NCBI GenBank assembly: GCA_973895155.1
Contig: OZ316895.1
Coordinates: 13,627,186-13,691,185, forward strand
Length of the DNA stretch: 64,000 nt
DNA from: Marsupella aquatica
Lineage: Eukaryota; Plantae; Marchantiophyta
Direction: 5' to 3'
A model generated the notes under the pieces. That model did not search any database. It saw nothing but the letters and a program-made list of their open reading frames with translations, and was not told the origin of the DNA. Below are positions 21,101-33,139 of the stretch, piece by piece; position 1 is the stretch's first letter, and each line of letters begins with the position of its first letter. The position numbers were made by a program, and so were the translations under genes.

Positions 21101-21458
21101 TGTTTATTTGCAGCAGACAGCACCCACAACACTTGATGTGACCGCAGGTCGGACAATCTTACGTGTGCGTGAAGTGTTGCCTTCTGGTGTCCTGATGTTG
21201 GAGGGACGCGATGGTATGGTTTGGAAGGATCATGTGCGCAACTGTGCACCATGTCACCTTCCCAACATTGATGGTACAGTAGATCCAAGTTTGGCACATG
21301 TTTGTGCTGGCTTGAAATGTATGTTGTGTGGATCTACTCAGGGAGCAGCTACTATGTTGATTTGTGATAAATGTTCTAGAGGATGGCACATGTCATGTTT
21401 GACACCACCATTGCAGGTGATTCCTAGTGGATCATGGTTGTGTCCTCAGTGTCGGTGA
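18112..21458 (+). pseudogene. pol: pol remnant (RT-RH-INT-PHD) with multiple stops and frameshifts
   Basis: Fragments 18382-18837, 18988-19257, ~19260-19462, 19499-19750, 19919-20280, 20313-21458. C-terminal C4HC3 PHD at 21318-21452. Confidence 0.9.
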
Positions 21459-21631
21459 AGCCGACTAATTATCATGTGTTCTCTTGGCAGATATGGATTG
21501 CAGATAGGTGATCGATGGGGCTCACTTGCACCCGGCCTCCTGATCTTCACACCTGAAAAGGTGTATATCAACCTTGTAGAACTCATGACTAGCTAGAGTT
21601 AGGGGACCTTACTCCCAGCTAGGGGGGCGAT

Positions 21632-22234
21632 TGTGGGTTTTGGACATGTGTGGACATGAGTTCCACTTGTATTCCATTCTCTTGTGTTTGTGATGTGGCA
21701 GTGTGACTATGTTTGGATGTATGTGACAAGGGATGTATGTTGTGTAGCGATGTGTATGCGCACAACAGCTGTCACATCATTCTAGGTAGTGTTAGAGTAT
21801 ATCGTACTATCTAGATCCGTATGTTTGGTATGTGTGCTATATGAGCCGATAAGGTTCCGTTAGGTTTGTGTGAGAGGGTACTTCTCACTTGTGAGGCATT
21901 GAAAGATCATCTTTCAATGTTGAGCCTTGGAGAGAGAGGAGCTTGAGTGGCTATGGTGGCTGTGAGCTCCGCTTGTGTAACATGGATTCCTTGAGTAGTG
22001 CAAGGTGCGTTGGCTTGACATACATGTGTGATCGGATCGGTGGGGGATCGATGGGGTATTGTTGACCGGGATCGTTGTGCCGATTGTATGGAGATTATTG
22101 TGGGTTTTGGACATGTGTGGACATGAGTTCCACTTGTATTCCATTCTCTTGTGTTTGTGATGTGACAGTGTGACTATGTCTGGATGTATGTGACAAGCGA
22201 TGTATGTTGTGTAGCGATGTGTATGCGCACGACA
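21632..22234 (+). repeat. 3' LTR with ~136-bp direct repeats at both ends
   Basis: TG start after the PPT; 21632-21769 recurs at 22099-22236; ends ...CACGACA. Right boundary uncertain. Confidence 0.65.
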
Positions 22235-24399
22235 GCCTGGAGTGTTAGCTCCCCTCTCTGCAAAGGACATAGAGAGACACTTGGGATTTGATGTCTATCA
22301 CACCAAGGTCTTCATCCCCATAAAGACAGGGTCTGAGTTCTTGGGAATAGTTTCCATCTCTGGCCATTGTGCCTGGCCGTGACCTGGGGGGGTCAGTCTT
22401 GGCCGCCTGAACATAGTTCAACAACTGGTTGTGTGAAGAAGAAGAGTCGTTGTGGTGCTTTTGATTGGCAATGTTGGGTGGATTTACACTTTCAAGGGTC
22501 ATTTGCTTACTTGAAACAATCCTTGAAACTCAACCTCAAGGACAAGACAAATGCTTACCTGTTTGGTGTGGTACACAGAGGGGAAAGGATCAACCTTTCT
22601 GTTTTTGTTTTTACTTATATTTACTCCTTAGAAGACACAGAAAACCATCCCATTAAAGGATGCCATTAACCAGTGTCTGCCCCCTCTCCAAAGAAAAAGG
22701 AAAAAGATTTTTGAAAAGCACACAGTAAATGCTAAATGTTTTTAGTAAACTTAGGAAGTGAGTGAAATTTTCTTTTAAAGTACAGCAAATTAGTGTGAAT
22801 TACTCCATAGTGTCTTACAGTTTTCTGTAATCATATTTTCTTTCTATTCCAATGTTTCAGATCCTACCTTACCCATTCTGGCCAATCTTCTCTTTACAAA
22901 AGTTATATGGTCAGGAAGAATCATGATTGGTTACTAATTGTCATATGGGCAGGAGGAAATCATGGTCTTTCCCTGAAAAAATGTTTTTACTATATGGTTA
23001 GATCCCTCAAACCACTTCCTGGCATGCCCTTTGTGGATGTGTGGAATTGTTGGGACAAGTGACTGAAGGCAACAAGCATGTGGTCTATACAGTAAAGTGT
23101 AGAGGATCCTAACCCCTTAAAATTGCAAACAAAAAATACACGATGCATTTTGAAACTTTCCCAAATTAAACCATAGTTCGTTAACTCAGGTTAATTTTTA
23201 AGTCTCGGGCTAGTGTTTCCTTGTTCCCCTTTCCTCCCCCACGCCTGCAACCTTTCCTGGCGATAGCATCTCAACGAGGAAAAGACAGAGCAATGAGCAT
23301 CCCAACAAAGAAAAGACAGAGCAGCTGGCGAATAAGAAAGGGCAGCAAGGGAGCGTGGAGTAACAAAAGGAGATCAGCTAGCACGAGCATGCACCCCGAT
23401 TACGACTATGGATCCGAGCACAGGCAAGATGGAGTCATTTACCTTGTATGTCTGTCTCAATTCGTTGGGTAGCTGGATAAAATGTGATGAAATTCGTTGG
23501 GTAGTTGTAAGACGTTCAGTCCTGAGGACTTCTGGTTTGGTGGTTGGTTTGGAGTTTGGAGTTTGGACCGTGATGATCGTTATCTGTTTCTTCTTGCTGC
23601 CATTTTAGTGTTCGCACTACAGGAAGAGCATTTGATTTCGCTGCGGTAATGTTATCACTGAGTGAATCTTTTGGACGCCATGGCAGACAGGTAAAGTAGA
23701 GTGTGGGACAAAAAGAGATTGCGATATCTGTCTTCGATTTCCGACACGCTGCGAATGTGATAACCTCGTTCAGGTATGGAACATCCTCACTAAGTCGCCC
23801 CACACCCAGTCCACAAGAATAATCTACTCTGGTGGGAACTCACTTTAGAAACCTTTCGATGAACAGTCTCCTCCGGTGTGAGCTCACTTGAGAAAGCTTT
23901 CCGTGCAGGATTAATGTGCATGTAGATTAATGCGAATTGGGTTTCCAAGCGTACCAGCTTGTTTGCTCATTTGGTGAGGCGAACCTCACGACAGTGTCAT
24001 TTAAGCTCGCGTTTGAGTAGGATGTCGCAGATAGGAAGAAAGTCTACAGTTTAGCTATCTCGGTGCATACGGTGAGACTTGTAACGCTTTTCTGCATTCT
24101 CTGTTGAGCATACTTCCTTGGCGCCTGTATATGGTTGAGTACTGCGGAGTAGAGAAGATATGCGGAGAGAGCTTTCCGGGATGCCTCACAAACGACCATC
24201 CTTCGTAGCCAATATTCAGACTGGGGCCATGCCGACAAATAGCCTCACAATTTCAAATAGCTGCACGGTGTCGACTTTTGCATGATACTTCTTCCGATTT
24301 TCAGCTGAGATTCGTTGGCTGCCGCATTGCAGATCATTTGACGAAGACAGAGAAACTACGAATTGGAGCCTAGCGTCGTCAGCACCAGAGATTAAAATC

Positions 24400-27300
24400 A
24401 TGGCATGCGTGTCGATGATGAGGCTCCGCCATGGGCCCGACTCACAACAAGCCCAATACGGTGCTTCACCATCTCCTGCCGCTCCTGTTCCCGCTCTACC
24501 GCTAATTCTCTGCTACAGTTGACATTCAATGAGCTTCTGCTTTGCCAAGGTTTTGTTGGCAAATAATTCCGACAATGTGAGAACGGGACTTAATGAGGAA
24601 TCTTGATTAGTCTCTGCAGATAATAGCAGAAGGAAAATACAGCCAATGAGATGCCAAATTAATGGAGCTGAGAGTGGGGGTCTATATTATGTATCAAATG
24701 TCATCGAGCAGAAGCCAGATCCCATAAACTGGCTCCGCCTTCTTCTGGGTAAGACTGCAAAATTGATGCATCAGCTGTGGACTACTGCATTGCCTTGTAC
24801 CTCAGTAGCTTATACATCGGAAAATTTCTGAGTACACTGACGTGTGCGCAGAGGGAGCAGTGGCCGGAGCAACGGCAGGTGTGGTTGTAGAAACTGTTCT
24901 TTATCCGATTGACACTATCAAGACTCGTCTTCAGGTGTGATTTCTGTCCATGCCCATTCTCCCATGATTCTGCCTGATATACACTTACAGGGCTGATGGA
25001 TTGTCTGAAACTAATGAGACCATGAACCCTGTATCATTTTTGGTGCTGCCCGAAAGGATGGATTAAACGATAAATTCTTCCAATGCATGCTTATTTTCCT
25101 TCAATGAAAATGGTTTGAATGGGAGCATCCTCCAAATTTTGAAGCGTCGCAATTGTCAAAAGCAAATATGAAATGGTCTGAAGTGGAAGAATCTGGCAAT
25201 GCAGTAGAGTACCTATATGCGAACAAAAATCAAACAGATTTAGTTTCAAGGAGGTTGATTGGCTGAAAAAATTCTGACCTCGGTTTTCTTTTCAAACAAT
25301 GGGTTTCCTCAGGCTGCACAAGCTGGAGGGAAGATTGTGTGGAAAGGGCTGTACTCTGGGCTAGCTGGAAATCTATTTGGTGTCTTGCCGTACGTACCCT
25401 CCTCCCTTTGGCCCGCATGTTGAACAGCTCCTCGTGGTTCGAGATTGTTGAATTAGGTTCTTACTAGATCTATATCTAGACGCTAGGCACAGAAGGTGTT
25501 GTTTTCATGTGATGCTCTTCGCCAATGTCTTACATTTCCCTCAATCTCTGCTTTTAGGGCATCTGCAGTATTTGTTGGTGTTTATGAGCCTGTGAAGCAC
25601 AAGCTAATTCAAACCTTCCCAGACCACCTGAGCGCGTTTGCCCATCTGGTAAATCCAAATACTCGTCCTACTTTTGCTCTTATTTCCTAAAGTATCATTT
25701 GGTCGGGTTCTTAGCTGGTGCATTTCTGGAGACAGACAGCAGGAGCCGTTGGAGGTATAGCAGCATCACTCATTCGTGTGCCAACTGAGGTAGGTTGATC
25801 TTATAAGACTAAAATGTCTTATACCGCCAGTGTGGCTTCCTTCAAAACTTGTTCTGGATATGAATCTTGATTCTTGATTCCTGGCTGCGATAGATTTGGA
25901 GAGGTTACACATGAAAAGTCCTTTCAATCGTTTCGCTCAGTTGTTCCGATCTTTGTTAAGGTGTACGAAAAGAAAACTTGGCCCTCTTTTCCAATCGCAG
26001 GTTGTGAAGCAGAGGATGCAAACACTGCAATTCTCTTCTGCTCCAAGTGCAGTACGAGTTATTGTAGGAAAGGAAGGTTTTTCCGGGCTATACGCGGTAA
26101 AGCTTTTTGATTATTGATTTTTGCTGGATCTTCCCTTGCCTGCACTTCCGAGAAATTTGCTTTCCGTTTCAGTGTGATTCAAGTGGTGGCCTTGCCACTG
26201 GTAATCGAGCCCTCTATATGGTCGAGCAGGAGTATGTCAAATACGGGTAACTTCCCGCAGAAGATATCAAATACAGGCAACTTTCGGCAGAAGATATAAA
26301 TGAAAAGAAAATTTAAGATTCCTGAAATTTGAATGGATTGGCAGGGCTTCGGTGCATTTTTATTACGAGACCTCCCATTTGATGCCATTCAGTTTTGCAT
26401 ATACGAGCAGCTCAGAATTGTATACAAACGATCGGTAAGTCGTCCCCTCTTTATGATATTGATGTCTGGTGTTTGTTCTTTGGGATAGATTGATAATAAG
26501 TGAACTTCTTCTTGGAGAGCAAATGTCAAAACCCCAGACTGTTCACCTTTTAGAGTAGATAGGTGCATCCGGTACTCAATGCCCTTGCTTGCAGATTTCT
26601 TACTCTTTGTGGTGGATGAGATTCTTTATTAGCTTTTAACATGTGAGACACCGATGTGCGGTCGCTGTATTGATTTTTAGTTATAACCTACATTATGCAA
26701 GAGACAGGTGTAAATGCTCAGCATGCATGTACAAGTGCAAATTTTCACCGGTTTCATTGAAAACTTGAAGCTACACCTCTAAATGATCTTAAGTGATGTC
26801 TACAGGTGGAAAGGGATCTATATGACCCAGAGAATGCCATCATGGGTGCTATTTCAGGTGCTCATCTCATCCTTGAATTGGGTGTAACAATCCAGTGCTT
26901 GTTTAGAGCTTGTGACGCCCCTTGTGTCTGATGCTGATATTCGTATCGATCTTCTTTGTCAGTTTTGACTGGGTTTGACACTTTGTCCTAAGTTGAATTG
27001 CACGTCCCACCAGGTGCTATCACTGGGGCTGTAACTACACCACTGGATGTCATCAAAACTCGGCTGATGGTGCAGGTAGTATTCATGGAATCCCACATTG
27101 CCATCTCCGTACCTCTTGGTTGCTGCTCACGATTTTAAGGAATTCGTTTTTGTTTCTTAGTTTGATCCAGTTTGGCTTGCCAGGATACGGCCATACGGAA
27201 TTTCCCATGATTAAATTTATTGCGGACAGTTATTTTTAACATTGTTAGTGATTTGGCGGAGTTAGAACAAGCTCAGTTGTGAAATTGACATGCAGGGATC

Positions 27301-27661
27301 AAAAGGGTATTACAAAGGTGTGATTGACTGCGTTTCCAAAATTATAAAGGAGGAGGGCTCTGGAACGTTACTAAAGGTTGGATGACTCATATTTTCAACA
27401 GTCCTCAATTTTTGAACTCGATGAAGTAGGACTTTTGTTATGAAGTGGCAAAGAGCTTACATTGTAGGAACCTCATCTAAAACTGGGTTGACTTTTTCTG
27501 ACGCACTGCTTCCTGTGCATTGATAGGGTATCGGGCCAAGGGTAATGTGGATTAGTATTGGTGGGTCCATTTTCTTCACAGCATTGGAGAGAACTAAGGG
27601 CCAGCTTGCGCAGATGAATTGGTCAAAGGTTGATGACTTTCCAAATGCGAGGACAGCATAG
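24400..27661 (+). CDS. SAMC: S-adenosylmethionine carrier (mitochondrial carrier family), ~12 exons; start uncertain (24400 or 24646)
   Basis: Spliced exons give GAVAGATAGVVVETVLYPIDTIKTRLQ, IRVPTEVVKQRMQ, LLRDLPFDAIQFCIYEQL, TTPLDVIKTRLMVQ, GIGPRVMWISIGGSIFF. Three PX[D/E]XXK motifs; GT-AG introns. Confidence 0.92.
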
Positions 27662-30600
27662 GTCATAGGAGAGCAGTAACAACGTCATTCTCTGTAACGT
27701 ACAGAACTTAGGGTAATTAGTTAAAACCTTTACTCTTTTCTAGTGTGAAATTTGATCAGAAATTGTAGAAAAATGTAAGGGAACGCTAAGATTCATTGAT
27801 AGCTACACTGATTATTCTAGATTTAACATTCATTCAGCGACCTGTTGGCTCTCCATTGATAGGTAGGGTGATGAATGTCTTCTGCTGTCCACACATAAGA
27901 TACAGATTGGTGGCAACATTTGTCACCTTTTCAGATCACTGCATTGGTTTTCAAAGACACGAAGCATCAGTGAAAACTGGGCTCCGCGTCAGGGCTTACA
28001 CTAGGTTTGGTTCCCATCACCCTCTGGTGGGTACATTTTGCTAGTGTGTGCTTTTTCCATCTGTCAATAATTATTTTAACTGGCAACATCTATTTTCTTG
28101 GGATCCAAGAGAGAGAGTCTGCTGTTGTGATTTCAGATCAAATGGCTTACCTTCCGATTCCATTCTCCACACGAAATAGGAACGTACCACGTTTTCTACT
28201 TCCAAGAAGTCGAAGAATTCTCTCCAGGCTTCAGGGTTTCAGCCGCACACAAGAGGGAACAAAAATTGACGAAAAAACAAGAAAGGGATGCTGCGGGCTG
28301 AAATGGCTGAGAAGGAAGGCACATACACAAACAGAATTAAGCCCACTATCGCTCGATCTTAAACAGTGATGGCTGGAAACCAGAGAATATGTTATTGTTT
28401 GTTCTTTGAATTTATTTTTTCCCTTTTCTTGTTCTGCTTTATTTGCACTTTTCAAGGAAATTTGTTCTATTCCTTCCTTTTTCTTGCAATTGCTCGACTA
28501 TCGAAATTATTAGAAACTGACGGCTTAACCAGGCGAGCAAATGAACGACTAGGGCACTCAGGGAGTTCGTGAGGCTCCCCTGAAAATGTTCATGGCCAAT
28601 CTGCGCTACTTTTTGGGGGTAAAACTCGGATTGGGGCAAGTTTGACTTTTACGAAAGTGACTGAAAACAGAAAGTGGACGTAAATAGGGCCATACAAAAG
28701 CTAATGGTGTGAAAGCATAGAAAGTGTTGGATGTGGACTAGGGCCAGAAAAGCTGTGGTGGATGTGAATAGAGCCTTGTAATAGCTGGTGGTGTGAAAAA
28801 ATCTGAAGAGGACAGTAGAGATTCATTTTCTGACCCCCTAAACTTTGGTATCTCAGCCGAAACTGTAAGCTGTTGGTAGCAATGGTGCAAAGGCTTTCTG
28901 GTCGTCAAACATGCCGGCAAAAGCTCTATCATAGTCCTCTTTGTTGTAGGTGGTTCTTGGTACTCTTTTAGTTGCTTCTTTTTCTTAGTATGATCCCCTC
29001 GGGAACCTTTTCCACTGTTTTCTCTAGTTGTACATTGCTGGTGCTCTGTCAGTAAATTTATTTCTTTCTCTCTGGACTTTGTTTTCCTTGGTGTTGCCAT
29101 CGATCGTCGTCCATAAGTCGAAGGCAGGCTGTCCCAGCTCGAACACAAGAGCACCAGTTGTCATCTTTGGATCATCCATACTGAACAAACTTTTGAGATT
29201 CTCTATGAACTAGTGGTTGTTTGTTCACACGGCGGTGCCACTGATCAGTGAAAGACCTGAGTCTGAAACGGGTGCATTGCGCTTAGCTTCATTCAGCATT
29301 CAAGAGCCCGTCTTGGATATACGTCGCAACTGCACTCTGTATCATGAATTTCAATTTTTCATTCCTGTCTCTTCCCCTACTTTTGCTTTCAGTCGCTTGT
29401 AAGGCAACCACGTCGCGCACAAACGTTGCCAGTCTTGTGGCGAAAGAGACATTGGCAAATGAGAAATTGATTCGGTAATCCATGTCCTGGCCTCATCGGA
29501 TGATGACTGGTTGGAACGTACGAGCACCCTGAGAGTGGCAAATACGGATTGGATTGTAAATTCCGCTCTCTCAACCCTTGGGTCCACCAACTCAGGGCCC
29601 TCCATGCTCAGTACCAGCAATCCAAGCACCATGCCCCACGGATCGATTCCCAAGTACTAGAGTAAGGGTCATACGCCTCTGAGAACAGACACCCGAATGA
29701 TTCGATCATAACGATCCATGCAATAGTCCCACAAACATTTTAAATAAGCTTCCCACCAGTTGTGATGAACGGCATATTCTTTACAAATTCTTCAGTTTTC
29801 CCAGTGCCTCTGCCCAACCAGATCCAACACGATTCGTCACGAGAAGCATGATTGATCATTATCATCCTGCTTCCCTTCCAAGAATACACTTTACCGTCCA
29901 GTGAAATGAGTTGGCAATAATACCCTGGGGACTCCTGATTGTCAGTCGCTCCTGAGCTCGTTTCTTTGATCAGCAAGAACATCTGTAGCCTTGAATGAAA
30001 GTGAATTAGCAACCAGATAAGTTAAGATAGAACAATCGTTGCACCTGGGATTGTCATGAAAGGGACAGTAACTTAATTACCATCCAATTGTATCCAAATC
30101 AATCTAGTCATGCTTGTGGTGATTGAAAGAGAGTCCATAAGCTCCGGACAGATGATTTAAAAGACTTGTTAGGCATTATGCCTCGTTCAATTCCAAAATC
30201 TGGAGCCCCTGAGGCTAGAAAGAAAACGCTTTCCAACTGTTGAACGAAGATCATTCCATCTGCAGCGCCTTTGAGTTCCGAAGAAGATTGCTCCCTTCTC
30301 AAGCACAAAGATCCAATTGAAAGACCATGAAGCTACAGGCAGCTTCTTGGAGCACCTCGGCCGAGATTCTCCTTGCTCAACTGATCTATTGCTTGGGCAA
30401 TCTCCCGTTCCCCCATTAGTGCCACCCATGTTCGTTGCACTTGAAATTTTTTCTGTCCAGAATCTCTCTCGCAGTCTCACCTTTGCCGAGTCGTTCCAGT
30501 AGTGCTGCTACTCTCTGGCCAGTGACATACTCCCTGGCACAACCACTTGCTTGTCTCTAATTGTTTCCCGGTCCTGACTCGTTGCTATAGACCGTATCCG

Positions 30601-31242
30601 AGCCATCGATTCCCTAGCCCTACACTGTGCTTGTGCCAACTCATCAAAATTGGAAACTTGTGAGTTTTGTACCGCTGTCATGCGGTTCAGGCTGTCATTT
30701 CTCAATTTTGCCAAAGCCTTCAGGACTTCTCGGTCCTGTGGAGTTACCAACCAAATTTGTTCCGAGTTTGCATCTAGGCTTCGCTGAAGATGAGCATTAC
30801 CGTCATCTGGTGGTTGATCGTGTTCGAATGGACGAAAGCTCCATATTGAAGACCCATCTTCAATCTATCCACTCGACGCCTCCGGTACAGTGGATAGATG
30901 TTGCGGACTCCAATCGCGTCACCTTCTTTTTGTTGACGATTGCTTCGAGTGTCGATGCAGAGGTCTTCCTCTGTTGCAGGACGTGCATTTGCAGCTTCTA
31001 GATGTTGAGGATTGCTTCGATTTTCTCTGTTTGGGGAGAACTCGCTCAGGTTCAGGTGCAATATTCGCGCCTTCTTGCTGAGGACTAGTTCGAATTTCCT
31101 ACGCCATGCGCAGATCATTCAAGCCGCGTTAGATTTCTTGTTTGAGAATGCGGATGGTGCCGATCGAAGAGCTCTGTGAAGCTATTAGAGGAGCCACTGT
31201 GGAGTCGAAATGGAGGCTTTTCAGATCACTCCAACTTTTTTG

Positions 31243-31850
31243 GAAACAAGCCAACCTTAAACCCTCATTCATTGCAAGTCATCCTTTGTGCTTGTATAAT
31301 TTTTTGGAGACCAGCCAATCTTAAACCCTCGTTCACTGTTCCCTTTGTATTTGTATAATATTAAGGGACAAGCGAACTTTGAAGCCTCGTTCGAACCCTC
31401 ATTCATTGTGAGTCTTCCTTTGTATTTGTTTGATTTTTTGGGCACAAGCCAACTTTTAACCCTCTTTCAAATCTGTATTCGTTGTCAGTCTTCCACTGTA
31501 TTATTTGATTTTTTACAGACAAGCCAATCTTAAACCCTCGGTCACTGTTCTCTTTGTATTTGCATAATTTTAAGGGACAAGCCAACTTTTAAGCCTCGTT
31601 CAAACCCTCGTTCATTGTGAGTCTTCCTTTGTATTTGTTTGATTTTTTGGGGACAAGCCAACTTTTAACCCTCGTTCATTGTGAGTCTTCCTTTGTATTT
31701 GTTTGATTTTTTGGGGACAAGCCAACTTTTAACCCTCGTTCAAACCTTTATTCGTTGTGAGTCTTCCATTGTATTATTTGATTTTTAGAGACAAGCCAAC
31801 CTCAAATCCTCATTTAAACCCTCATCTCATCGTGAATCTTCCATTGTATA
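31243..31850. repeat. Minisatellite, ~10 units of ~58-72 bp
   Basis: Recurring GACAAGCCAACTTTTAACCCTCGTTCATTGTGAGTCTTCCTTTGTATTTG. Confidence 0.9.
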
Positions 31851-33139
31851 TATTTACACCCTTTGTCTTTAACTGAAGGCTATGACCATGATCCCCTCGC
31901 CAGCCTGGCCCAAGATTCTCTGATTTAACTCTCTTCAGTACTAGCACAGATCAAGGTTGCAACTCTGCCTAAGCATATTGAGGTTGAATACTAACAATAG
32001 GATTTGGGCTTGGCCCATTTTGGTAACCCATTTTGGTAACCCCCTTGGGCTCGTGGCCCTTGGGGATTACACCCCATAACCCATGGGTGACCCTACCACT
32101 TCTGGCAGAGTGTGGGGATTGAGAACAAAAAGAGCCCCACCAAGGCCCAGGACTTGTGTCAGTTCCAAAACAGAGGAAAAGGGTTTGTTCAACGGAAAGT
32201 TAGGCTAGGCCCTTTCTATTAGAGCTTGGACCTTGTCTTGAAATGTTGTTGTGTTCAAAACTTATCTATGAGAAAGCCCTTTCAATCACAAGCAACCCCC
32301 CCCCATCTCTCCAAAATAAATAGAATTCAAAGCTAGAGAAAGATATGTTGCCTAGGCTTTGACATGTCTCAAGGGAAAGACATTCAAACGGGGCAGCATT
32401 GTTAAAAAATTGCTAGCAGAATTTGCTATTTTCCACTCTTGCCCAAATATTTTATTTCATTAATGAACCTGACTTGGCCTTGAACAAGCCATTGAAACAA
32501 TTTTAGGCAGAGTCCAAGGCCATTAAGAACGTTAGAAATTATGTGTAGATAGTAACAATTTTATAGAATCATGACATGATGATGATTACATGTTAAAATG
32601 ATCAGTTTCTTACTCATAGTAAACACCCCTGAACACCACTGTATCTACGTCCTTATAAAATTAAAATGCAAATGATGTCACAATAGCTTCAGTTGACGTC
32701 TAATTGTAAAACCAATAACAATAAACTCAAATATAAGTGAATGTGATGTAATATTACATCTAACACACAAGCGTTTATTTAGTAGACTTGCTAGTGAAAT
32801 ATGAATGAGAATATGCCTTCAATTAATTTGCATGTGATAGTAATTTTGAAGCGGCATGAATAGTGTCTTCTAAATTAAACCTCATCAGTTTTTTTAGACT
32901 AGGCAGGAATATATATAAGTGCCTTGGATATATAGCTGGATTGAACAATGCATCCCAAATTTGGCCTGGCATTTTTAGGAGGAAGAGTGTTGTAAAGGAC
33001 AATGTGTTGAGTTGACCAGATAAGCAGCCCTCTCTTGTTGGATGGGGCCATTATCTGGAACTTGCAAGTGCTCATTTAACTTTCTTGATCACTGCAACTA
33101 CTTGCCATCATGCTTGGTAATGTTGGTGCCAGGGCACTA

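Larger units (their letters stand above)
18087..22234 (+). mobile_element. 3' half of a decayed Ty3/gypsy element with a PHD-finger integrase, interrupted by the Athila-like array
   Basis: RT RMCGDYRPIN/YIDD, RH AYASRS/YSSYEGECLA, INT WSLDFAGP/TDQG/DGLAER. PPT AGGGGGGCGA at 21621-21630, then an LTR starting TGTGGG at 21632. Confidence 0.9.

Noticed and set aside
28700-31200. Cluster of 60-140 aa ORFs that might be a decayed gene
   Set aside because: No recognisable motif or consistent splice pattern by eye; needs a translated homology search.
31243-31850. CRISPR-like periodic repeats
   Set aside because: No unique spacers, degenerate contiguous monomers, eukaryotic context, no cas genes.
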